From NCBI GenBank assembly GCA_942493105.1, contig OW818668.1, forward strand, positions 390,001-422,000: a stretch of 32,000 nucleotides of DNA, read 5' to 3'. Source of the stretch: an uncultured Erysipelotrichaceae bacterium (GTDB lineage: Bacteria; Bacillota_I; Bacilli_A; Erysipelotrichales; Erysipelotrichaceae). The notes beneath the pieces were generated by a model, which was not told where the DNA came from, made no database searches, and was given only the letters and a program-made list of their open reading frames with translations. Shown here in pieces: positions 24,811-32,000 of this stretch (position 1 is its first letter; each line of letters starts with the position of its first letter). Both the position numbers and the translations under genes were made by a program.

Positions 24811-25932
24811 CTACTTCTTCCTTTTATTATTTATGAAATTGATCGCCTCCTTGTCAGCTGTAGGCATGAGATGAGTGTAGACTTTCAATGTCATATCAAT
24901 ACTAGAGTGGCCCAGACGTTTTGAAACAACTACGATATTAACTCCATTCCCAATGAGTTCACTCGCATGTGAATGCCTGAAATCATGGATTCTGATCCTT
25001 GTAATACCGGTTGACTTGATTGCCTTATTCTTGAGTCTTTCTATCGTAGTATCGGAGAACGGTAGCCCTCTGTCATCTGGTCTTCCAAAGATGAATTCCA
25101 ACTTGTCAAAATCTTCTAATTCCGTTCGATAGTCTTTAACTCTTTTAATCATCTCAAATGTTTGATCATCAAGTGGAATGGTGCGAATCGAACTTGGTGT
25201 CTTTGGAACGCGTACTTTCGGTTTCTCACCAGTATATTTACCGGATACAGTTTTGTTGAAGTTGATGGTTTTGCTTACATAGTCAATATCTGTAAAACGT
25301 AAAGCTTGCACCTCCCCTCGACGAGCCCCTGTATTGAACAAAACATTATAAAACGTCTTCCAAAGAAACTGCTCATTGTCTGATCCCTCAAAACAACTTT
25401 CGAACTTCTCAAACTCTTCTCTAGACATGATTTTGCCGACCTTGTCCACCTCCACATTTTCCTTAACCGATCTCAGGACAACACATGGGTTATCCTTTAG
25501 GTTAAAATATGTTTCGGCGTGTTTAAACAGATACTTGAAATGTGCTGTAATATCATTCTTGTACCTTGGTGCTGTTTTCGGATCCTTCTGAATTTCCTCC
25601 ATCCATTGCCTGACCTTCATCTTTGTAATCTTATCAAGAGGCATATCCCCAAAGGTTGGTAAAATGTATATCCTAAAAATTCTTTCCTTTCCGGCAGTTG
25701 TGGTTGAAGTATTGTAGACCTTATCATTGCTGATATAATCGTCCACTATTGTTTTGAGGGTCATCAATCCAACAGGGTTCTCAAGAATCTTCTTTACCAA
25801 CAACTCCCCAGCCTCGCGAGCATCTCGTTTTGATGTAAACCCAGCTTTATACTTTTCTTCTACTTTAAGTGTGTTAGGATTTTTTATCTTGATTCTATAG
25901 AAGAATCCACCCTTTGCTGACTTGCCAACCAT
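24811..25932 (-). CDS. int: tyrosine recombinase (phage/ICE integrase) with an N-terminal arm-type DNA-binding domain
   Basis: Catalytic residues in ...GARRGE..., HDFRHSHAS, GHSSIDMTLKVYTH (R-H-R-Y). N-terminal FYRIKIKNPNTLKVEEKYKAGFTSKRDAREA resembles the AP2-like arm-binding domain. Lies about 240 bp from a tRNA 3' end. Confidence 0.92.
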   Translation of the reverse strand: MVGKSAKGGFFYRIKIKNPNTLKVEEKYKAGFTSKRDAREAGELLVKKILENPVGLMTLKTIVDDYISNDKVYNTSTTTAGKERIFRIYILPTFGDMPLDKITKMKVRQWMEEIQKDPKTAPRYKNDITAHFKYLFKHAETYFNLKDNPCVVLRSVKENVEVDKVGKIMSREEFEKFESCFEGSDNEQFLWKTFYNVLFNTGARRGEVQALRFTDIDYVSKTINFNKTVSGKYTGEKPKVRVPKTPSSIRTIPLDDQTFEMIKRVKDYRTELEDFDKLEFIFGRPDDRGLPFSDTTIERLKNKAIKSTGITRIRIHDFRHSHASELIGNGVNIVVVSKRLGHSSIDMTLKVYTHLMPTADKEAINFINNKRKK

Positions 25933-26053
25933 TTTTTTACCTCTACCTTAATTTTAAGGCTCTCTTTCTGCGTTGTATTCTGCCAAAAAGCACGTCTTGT
26001 TAATTGCAGAAAAGGGTTAATCCATTGCCGTAAATTGCCATCAATTATTTTAA

Positions 26054-26074
26054 TTGGGGGAATTTTGGGGGAAT
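26054..26074. repeat. direct repeat TTGGGGGAAT x2 with 11-bp period
   Basis: Exact copies at 26054-26063 and 26065-26074, between int and the tRNA. Candidate integrase arm-type sites. Confidence 0.5.
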
Positions 26075-26115
26075 CGGATATTTTTTAATGGTTTTTTTAT
26101 GAATACAAAACCACT

Positions 26116-26143
26116 AAAAAACCGCCTTTTTAAGCGGTTTTTT
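26116..26143. terminator. terminator downstream of tRNA-Leu
   Basis: Stem aaaaaaccgc/gcggtttttt with an 8-nt loop and A/T runs on both sides. Confidence 0.65.
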
Positions 26144-26173
26144 AGCATTTTATGACAATCGTAATTTCCAAGT

Positions 26174-26256
26174 TGGTGCGCGTGAAGGGACTCGAACCCA
26201 TATGGTTGCCCGCTAGATCCTAAGTCTAGTGCGTCTGCCAATTTCGCCACACGCGC
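26174..26256 (-). tRNA. tRNA-Leu (anticodon UAG), class II with a long variable arm, encoded CCA
   Basis: Hand-folded: acceptor GCGCGTG/CACGCGC; 3-bp D stem with GG in the loop; anticodon stem CTAGA/TCTAG with loop CTTAGGA; long variable arm; T-loop TTCGAGT (one U-U mismatch in the T stem); 3' ACCA. Confidence 0.9.
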
Positions 26257-26263
26257 ATTGCTT

Positions 26264-26791
26264 TTAGATTATATCAAAATCTACGAGATCCTTCAATGTT
26301 TGTTTAAGTTTATCCCAGTGTGCGATCATACGCTCTTTCATTGGATAAGGAAAGGTGTTTTCATTCACAAGATTCATAAATGTCTTCGCATCGATCCAGC
26401 GATGATCAACTGTTTCTTTTTCTTGGTACCTGATTTCAGCTTCATTGACCACTGTTTTAACCATGTAGGTATACCAAATACTATCGTTTTCTAACATCGT
26501 GTAAATGAGCTGTAAATCGTTTTGAGAGACTACGATTCCAGTTTCTTCATACAATTCTCTGACTGCACCTTGGGTTTCACTTTCACCTTTGATGACACTA
26601 CCGGCAGTGACTTCCCACTGAGATCCAAAAATTTTATCGGGATGACGTAAGGTAATCAACAATTGATTATCTTGATTAAAAGTAAAGATCTGAACGACTT
26701 TATGAAAAACTCCCTTAGGAAATTTCTGACCTCGTTCGATCTCAAAACCCAAAGGGTTCCCATATCGATCAACCGCATCAAACAGTTCCAT
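26264..26791 (-). CDS. Nudix hydrolase
   Basis: Nudix box GSVIKGESETQGAVRELYEETGI. Start taken at MELFDAV... (26791); the ORF-track start at 26848 overlaps the upstream gene by 70 nt. Confidence 0.8.
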   Translation of the reverse strand: MELFDAVDRYGNPLGFEIERGQKFPKGVFHKVVQIFTFNQDNQLLITLRHPDKIFGSQWEVTAGSVIKGESETQGAVRELYEETGIVVSQNDLQLIYTMLENDSIWYTYMVKTVVNEAEIRYQEKETVDHRWIDAKTFMNLVNENTFPYPMKERMIAHWDKLKQTLKDLVDFDII

Positions 26792-27662
26792 GTTGTTTAC
26801 CTTTACTTCTGACATAAGCAATCGCTTGAAGTCCTGCAACACAGCCATCCCCTACTGCTTTAGAGATCTGCATGACACCAGGTGTACAATCTCCTGCAGC
26901 AAATAAACCTGGTACATTGGTTTCCATATTTGATGAGACAACGATTTTATTTTTCTCGACTGCTACACCTAACGTAACCGCTAAATCGACTGAAGAAGCA
27001 CTACCCATCGCAACAAACACACCAGATACTTGATTAAGAGTCCCGTCTTCCAATTCAATGGCTTCAACATGATCAAGGCCTTGGATGGATTTTATTTTAG
27101 ATGTATTTATGACAACTCTAGAGTCAAAATGCCCTTGAGGTTCTAAACCATTGGTATATACCGTGACTTGTGAAACCACATCGATCAGTTCAGAAGCTTC
27201 ATGAGCTGCATATTCACCATGCCCAATGACCGCCACTTTTTTATTACGATAGAAAAACGCATCGCAAATGGCACAATAAGAAACGCCTTTACCTTCAAGT
27301 TCTTTGATACCTTTTATTTTTGATGACATTCTAGGGGAGCCTGTCGCTAAGATCACCGTTTTACTTTGGTAAGAATTTTTATCTGTAATGACACTAAAAC
27401 CATCTAGTTCCATATGAAGTCCTGTGATTTCTTCTTGAATCAAAGGTATATCTAAATCAGAGAGTTGTTTAAGACCCACATCTAAAAGCTCTGGACCACT
27501 CATAACAGGAGCTCCAAAGTAATTGGCAACTTTTTCAGTCTTGCTTAATGAGCCACCATCTTTACCGATCACCAATACACTAAGATTGGCTCTTTTAACA
27601 TAAAGCGCGGCTTGTATACCTGCAGGTCCACTACCACAGATCAACACATCAACTTTATTCAT
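26778..27662 (-). CDS. thioredoxin-reductase-like flavoprotein (CAIC redox centre)
   Basis: FAD GxGxxG motif (ICGSGPAG), CAICDAFFY (TrxB has CATCDGFFY) and a C-terminal GDCT motif. The HRRxxxR NADPH motif is not evident. Confidence 0.8.
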   Translation of the reverse strand: MNKVDVLICGSGPAGIQAALYVKRANLSVLVIGKDGGSLSKTEKVANYFGAPVMSGPELLDVGLKQLSDLDIPLIQEEITGLHMELDGFSVITDKNSYQSKTVILATGSPRMSSKIKGIKELEGKGVSYCAICDAFFYRNKKVAVIGHGEYAAHEASELIDVVSQVTVYTNGLEPQGHFDSRVVINTSKIKSIQGLDHVEAIELEDGTLNQVSGVFVAMGSASSVDLAVTLGVAVEKNKIVVSSNMETNVPGLFAAGDCTPGVMQISKAVGDGCVAGLQAIAYVRSKGKQHGTV

Positions 27663-28079
27663 TTACTCAACAACCACTGAATCAATCGAATTAAATTTTA
27701 GTGACAACTCATCTTCAATCAATGGTGCTGCTTCTTTATAGTCTCGATCAGTTGCCCGATGTGTTAATATCACATCGATTTTAGGCAAGTAACCTTTATG
27801 GGTCAGCAAGTAAGTTCTCACTGGTGCACAGATCTTACCGGCATGGATCGCAGCAAATAACGTCATGCGATCATAGTGTTTAAGATTGACATGATCTTCT
27901 TTCAATCTTACTTTTCTTTTTAGTGAAGCTTTATATCCAAACCAAACATACGTTAAAAACCCTTTGGGTTCAAACTTAGGCTCGATACGATGAAGATCCG
28001 CATTGTGTTCTTTGGCATAAGCTTGCGCTAAAGTTAAAGCATGTCCATAATGAGAGTATACGACCACGATATTTTTCAT
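27663..28079 (-). CDS. flavodoxin-like fold protein
   Basis: MKNIVVVYSHYGHALTLA... has a flavodoxin/WrbA-like N-terminal pattern. 138 aa. Its stop abuts the downstream TrxR-like start. Confidence 0.45.
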   Translation of the reverse strand: MKNIVVVYSHYGHALTLAQAYAKEHNADLHRIEPKFEPKGFLTYVWFGYKASLKRKVRLKEDHVNLKHYDRMTLFAAIHAGKICAPVRTYLLTHKGYLPKIDVILTHRATDRDYKEAAPLIEDELSLKFNSIDSVVVE

Positions 28080-28135
28080 AAAGGTCCCCTTTTACACTCC
28101 CCATTTTAACATAAAAAAACAGAGCTTAACTCTGT

Positions 28136-28768
28136 TTATGAGATGGATACGACTTTGAATCCATGGCTTTCTAATAGCTTCTCAACTTTCTTTTTGTCAG
28201 TTTCATCACAACGCAGTATGAACTCATTGGTTGCGATAGAACTGGTCAAGAAATGTGAGATGTTGATGTTGGCATCGGTAAAGACCTGAGCCAAAGCACT
28301 GATGATGCCGACTTTATTTTCTCTGACATCCAGTACGATGCGTGTCCCTTGTTCATGATAGCCAAAGAACTCCACAAAGGCTTTTAAAATATCCCCAGTG
28401 GTGATGATACCTAATAATGTATTGTCTTTATCAACCACAGGTAAGCATCCAATGTCTTTGACTTCCATGATGTCGGCAGCTTCTTCAATCAGCGAATCTG
28501 GAGAAATCGTCACGACTTTCTTGATCATGATGTCTTTGACTTTGGTTTTTGATAATAGATAATTCATCTCATGGATGCTTAAAGTCGTTAAATGCGAAGG
28601 TGAATTGGAAGCCACGACTCCTTGTGTTACAAGTCCTACTAATTTTCCATTCTCTACAACTGGAAGTCGATGAAAATCATGATTCTCCATAAGATCTAAA
28701 ACTTCAGAGATGGTTTGATCAGGTCTGATGGTGATGAGGTTGGTCGTCATTTTGTTTTTTACAAGCAT
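28136..28768 (-). CDS. CBS-pair + ACT domain protein (AcuB-like)
   Basis: Two CBS repeats (HRLPVVENGKLVGLVT; GCLPVVDKDNTLLGIIT) and an ACT-like C-terminus. Start at MLVKNKM..., with a GGGAGG SD. Confidence 0.8.
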   Translation of the reverse strand: MLVKNKMTTNLITIRPDQTISEVLDLMENHDFHRLPVVENGKLVGLVTQGVVASNSPSHLTTLSIHEMNYLLSKTKVKDIMIKKVVTISPDSLIEEAADIMEVKDIGCLPVVDKDNTLLGIITTGDILKAFVEFFGYHEQGTRIVLDVRENKVGIISALAQVFTDANINISHFLTSSIATNEFILRCDETDKKKVEKLLESHGFKVVSIS

Positions 28769-28772
28769 GGTT

Positions 28773-29477
28773 TTATCCTCCCAGGTATACTTTTTGGACT
28801 TCGGCACTGTTGAGTAACTCTTGGCCAGTTCCGCTTAAGACAATCGATCCTGTTTCTAAAACATAGGCTTTATCTGCAATCTTTAATGCTTGGAATGCAT
28901 TTTGTTCAACCAGTAAGATGGTTGTGCCTTGCTGATTGATTTCTTTGATGATGTTGAAAATTTCTTTAACTAAGATTGGTGCTAGCCCCATGGAAGGCTC
29001 ATCCAGCAAGAGCAGTTTTGGTTTAGCCATTAAAGCTCTAGAAATCGCCAGCATTTGTTGTTCACCGCCAGATAATGTCGCTGCATCTTGATTCTTTCTG
29101 GCACCTAAGATTGGAAAGCGCTCATAGATTTTAGCCACATCTAAAGCAATGTTGGCTTTATCATTCCTAAGATAAGCTCCCATCAATAAATTTTCATAGA
29201 CAGTCAATCCCGCAAAGATCTTGCGACCTTCTGGGACTTGAACTAAACCTGCTTTAGGCAACTTCTGTGGGTTCTCATTGATAATATCTTTTCCTAGATA
29301 CATAATAGAGCCACTTTTGGCCGGGAGAAGTCGACTAATAGTTCTTAATAAGGTCGTTTTCCCTGCACCATTGGATCCGATTAAGGATACAATCTCACCT
29401 TCTTCTACATCCAATGAGACACTTTTTAAAGCATGAATCACCCCATAATAAACATTAAGGTTTTTAATTTTTAACAT
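28773..29477 (-). CDS. livF: branched-chain amino acid ABC transporter ATP-binding protein LivF
   Basis: Walker A GSNGAGKTT, signature LSGGEQQML, Walker B LLLLDEPS. Start at MLKIKNL..., 1 nt after the livG stop. Confidence 0.88.
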   Translation of the reverse strand: MLKIKNLNVYYGVIHALKSVSLDVEEGEIVSLIGSNGAGKTTLLRTISRLLPAKSGSIMYLGKDIINENPQKLPKAGLVQVPEGRKIFAGLTVYENLLMGAYLRNDKANIALDVAKIYERFPILGARKNQDAATLSGGEQQMLAISRALMAKPKLLLLDEPSMGLAPILVKEIFNIIKEINQQGTTILLVEQNAFQALKIADKAYVLETGSIVLSGTGQELLNSAEVQKVYLGG

Positions 29478-29478
29478 A

Positions 29479-30255
29479 CTAGTTCTCTTCCCCCAAATAA
29501 GCATCAATAACTTTTCGATTTTGTTTGATTTGATCTGGGGTTCCTTCAGCAATCAATTTACCATAATCAAGTACGAATATTTTTTCACAGATTTCCATAA
29601 CCAGCGACATGTCGTGTTCAATCAAGATGACAGTTAAGTCCATCTTAACCTTAATGTCTTTAATAAACTTCGTGAGTGCCTGAGTTTCTTGAGGGTTCAT
29701 TCCAGCAGCAGGTTCGTCTAAAAACAACACTTTGGCACCTGTAGCTAAAGCTCGAGCAATCTCGAGTTGCCTTTGCTTGCCATAGGGCAAATTCCTTGCT
29801 TTAGTTTCAGCTAATTCTTCCAGACTTACTTCTTTTAGAAAAGCTCTTGCTCTTGTATCGATGTCAATTTCTGATTTATAAAAGACTGGCAATCTAAAAA
29901 GAGCCCCCAGCACTCCATACTGAGCATCCTTATTCATGGCGATTTTAACATTATCCAGAGCACTTAAGTCTTTGAACAATCGGATGTTTTGAAATGTTCT
30001 AGCAACCCCATTCTGAGTAATCTTGTAGGGCGGTAATTTCTGCAGTTCGATGTTTTTTCCAGACTGATTCAGAATTATTTTGCCTTTCGAAGGTTTATAG
30101 ACACCTGTCATCAGGTTAAATAATGTTGTTTTACCAGCGCCATTTGGTCCGATTAGACCTACCAATTCCTTCTCAATGATAGACATAGAAACATTAGAAA
30201 TAGCCATAATCCCACCAAAATTTTTACTCACCTTTTCAATAGATAGGATAGTCAT
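29479..30255 (-). CDS. livG: branched-chain amino acid ABC transporter ATP-binding protein LivG
   Basis: Walker A GPNGAGKTT, LPYGKQRQLEIARAL, VLFLDEPAAGMNP. Confidence 0.88.
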   Translation of the reverse strand: MTILSIEKVSKNFGGIMAISNVSMSIIEKELVGLIGPNGAGKTTLFNLMTGVYKPSKGKIILNQSGKNIELQKLPPYKITQNGVARTFQNIRLFKDLSALDNVKIAMNKDAQYGVLGALFRLPVFYKSEIDIDTRARAFLKEVSLEELAETKARNLPYGKQRQLEIARALATGAKVLFLDEPAAGMNPQETQALTKFIKDIKVKMDLTVILIEHDMSLVMEICEKIFVLDYGKLIAEGTPDQIKQNRKVIDAYLGEEN

Positions 30256-31217
30256 GATTTTGCCTCCAATTGATTCTTTTTCTGTTTTGCTTTTCTGATG
30301 AACGAAAACTCAAAATTACCAAGCAAACCCTGAGGTCTAAAGATCATCATAATAATCAAAGCAGAGGCATATATAATTGTACGATACTGAGCCAGTGACT
30401 GAAGTCCAATATTAACAACACCTAATACTATCGCAGCAACGATACTGCCAGAAAGGCTTCCCATACCTCCTAAAACAACAATGATCAAAATGTCAACTGT
30501 TCGATCAATACTAAATGCTGTTGGTAACACAACATAAAAACTTGAGGCATACAAACTCCCGGCGATGGAAGCTAGCATAGCTCCCAATAGGAAAGCGATC
30601 GTTTTATATTTAGTGGTATTGATACCCATGGTTTCAGAAGCGATCTCATCTTGACTGATGCTAATGCAGGCTCTTCCGACTGCACTGCGTTTAAAATTAA
30701 CAACCAAGATAACGGCCAAAACCGCAAATGCAAACAGAAGAGAGATACTGCTTAATTTTTCAATGTTACTGATACCAGCAGCTCGGTTTGTAATATCCAG
30801 ATTTTGTATCACAATTCGAATGATCTCGCTTGCCCCTAAGGTGGCAATGGCTAAATAATCACCTTTTAACTTTAAGACTGGAAAAGCTACAATCAGCGCA
30901 ATTGTAACAACAAGGATTAAGCCAACGACCATACCCAATCCTAGTCCTAAAAGGTTTGGTATCATTTTAATAAAAATAGCAGCACTATATGCCCCGATGG
31001 ACATAAAACCAGCATGACCAAGCGAAAATTGTCCAGTGATCCCAATGACAAGATTGAGACTGACAGCCAAAATGATGTTGATCAGAATCGATTGAACTGT
31101 GATCTGTTGATATGGTTTAATAATGCCAGTTAGAATAAAAAACTGCAACAAGATAAAAACAACACTTGTTAAGACAAACCATCGGTATGTTAGTTTATTG
31201 AAGATTGAACGAACCAT
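30252..31217 (-). CDS. livM: branched-chain amino acid ABC transporter permease LivM
   Basis: Polytopic permease in a livH-M-G-F arrangement, with GQFSLGHAGFMSIGAY. Confidence 0.85.
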   Translation of the reverse strand: MVRSIFNKLTYRWFVLTSVVFILLQFFILTGIIKPYQQITVQSILINIILAVSLNLVIGITGQFSLGHAGFMSIGAYSAAIFIKMIPNLLGLGLGMVVGLILVVTIALIVAFPVLKLKGDYLAIATLGASEIIRIVIQNLDITNRAAGISNIEKLSSISLLFAFAVLAVILVVNFKRSAVGRACISISQDEIASETMGINTTKYKTIAFLLGAMLASIAGSLYASSFYVVLPTAFSIDRTVDILIIVVLGGMGSLSGSIVAAIVLGVVNIGLQSLAQYRTIIYASALIIMMIFRPQGLLGNFEFSFIRKAKQKKNQLEAKS

Positions 31218-31218
31218 A

Positions 31219-32000
31219 TTACACCTTTTCCTTCACATTTTTACCAAACAACCCGCTAGGCTTTATAACAAGGATAACAATTAGTAATAAATAAACAACC
31301 GCATCTTTAAAGGTTGTACTAAAGTAAGCACTGACCAACACTTCAATTAGTCCTATAAATACTCCACCAACCATTGCACCTGGTATAATCCCTATGCCAC
31401 CAAAAACTGCCGAAACGAAAGCTTTTAGACCCGGTGCTATCCCCATATAGGGTGAAATGACATTATAGTAAACAGCAATCAGAACCCCACCTGCTGCAGC
31501 TAATGAACTCCCAATCGCAAAGGTAAAACTGATCGTATTATCGATATTGACACCCATTAGTTTAGCTGTATCCACATCAACTGAACAGGCACGCATAGCT
31601 CTCCCAATTTTCGTCTTCTTGACTATGATAGTTAGTGCGAGCATTAAGGCGATCGAAGTGATAAAAATAACAATTTCAATGAACTTGATTTTGATACCAG
31701 AAAATTCATATACAATATTGGGTATGACAGCGGGGAAGTTGCGCGATTGCGGTCCCATCAACAGCATGACAATGTTTTGAAGAAAAAGGGAAACACCAAT
31801 AGCAGTAATCAATGCCGCTACTCGAGATGATTTCCTAAGCGGCTTATAAGCAATCCTTTCTACCAGGATACTTATTAATGCTGCTGAAACCATAGCTACT
31901 GGCAAAGCCAAAAGGAAGGGCAGTTTAAAAACAGTTGTTGCCACAAAACCCAGGTAGGCACCAATCATATACATTTCACCATGAGCAAAATTAATGAGTT
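31219..32000 (-). CDS. livH: branched-chain amino acid ABC transporter permease LivH (5' end outside the window)
   Basis: The reading frame stays open to the window edge (..NFAHGEMYMIGAY), so the ATG at 31974 is internal. Confidence 0.85.
   Translation of the reverse strand, partial: LINFAHGEMYMIGAYLGFVATTVFKLPFLLALPVAMVSAALISILVERIAYKPLRKSSRVAALITAIGVSLFLQNIVMLLMGPQSRNFPAVIPNIVYEFSGIKIKFIEIVIFITSIALMLALTIIVKKTKIGRAMRACSVDVDTAKLMGVNIDNTISFTFAIGSSLAAAGGVLIAVYYNVISPYMGIAPGLKAFVSAVFGGIGIIPGAMVGGVFIGLIEVLVSAYFSTTFKDAVVYLLLIVILVIKPSGLFGKNVKEKV

Larger units (their letters stand above)
747..26173. mobile_element. tRNA-Leu-associated integrative genomic island carrying metal-resistance cargo. The right end abuts the tRNA 3' end; the left end is unresolved and may lie outside the window.
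   Basis: Integrase next to the tRNA 3' end; XRE/ParB-like module; dense accessory metal genes; a gene remnant and two frameshifts. No conjugation, relaxase or replication genes are seen in the window. Confidence 0.5.

Noticed and set aside
26050-26494. ORFs 26050-26250 (minus) and 26258-26494 (plus).
   Set aside because: The first overlaps the tRNA-Leu and its terminator. The second is antisense to the Nudix gene.
1-32000. CRISPR arrays, rRNA genes, IS elements with terminal inverted repeats, and riboswitches (including ydaO/c-di-AMP upstream of the M23 gene and NiCo/czcD-type near the metal genes).
   Set aside because: No regularly spaced repeat array, rRNA-like sequence or transposase motif was seen. 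The leaders are too short or lack the conserved cores that I can recognise by eye.

Overview
Low-GC, Bacillota-like chromosomal segment; I cannot assign a species. From about 26.26 kb to 32.0 kb the window holds ordinary core genes, all on the minus strand: Nudix hydrolase, TrxR-like flavoenzyme, flavodoxin-like protein, CBS/ACT protein and livH-M-G-F. A tRNA-Leu(UAG) at 26174-26256 (-) marks the right edge of an integrative island. The island starts with a tyrosine integrase, an XRE-like regulator, two small or acidic proteins and a ParB-like protein. About 21 kb of almost entirely minus-strand metal-homeostasis cargo follows. The cargo includes copB (CPH type), copA (CPC type, C-terminal frameshift), csoR, two copZ genes and a DUF2933 protein. 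It also includes a frameshifted HMA-TauE/DsbD_2-cupredoxin fusion, an OmpR-type regulator with its histidine kinase, a CueP-like protein and two Gly/Met-rich SHOCT membrane proteins. Further left are an orphan FTR1 permease, a thioredoxin-like lipoprotein, a LysM/M23 peptidase, cadC-cadA, a Trx-fold membrane protein and an ACR3-like gene remnant. The left island boundary was not found. The main hunt result is that five promoters share exactly the same geometry: TTCTACA-N4-TTCTACA, then 11 bp, then a -10 hexamer, with no -35. This is a pho-box-like layout that fits the island's own OmpR-family regulator and defines a candidate copper regulon. One of the five promoters drives an unannotated 31-aa Cys/His-rich ORF that has a strong SD and its own terminator. 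Other points are two 1-nt frameshifts in cop genes, a candidate CsoR operator nested in the copA promoter, and a pair of 22-bp palindromic operators around a near-consensus promoter antisense to int. All functional calls come from motif recognition by eye; no database search was run.
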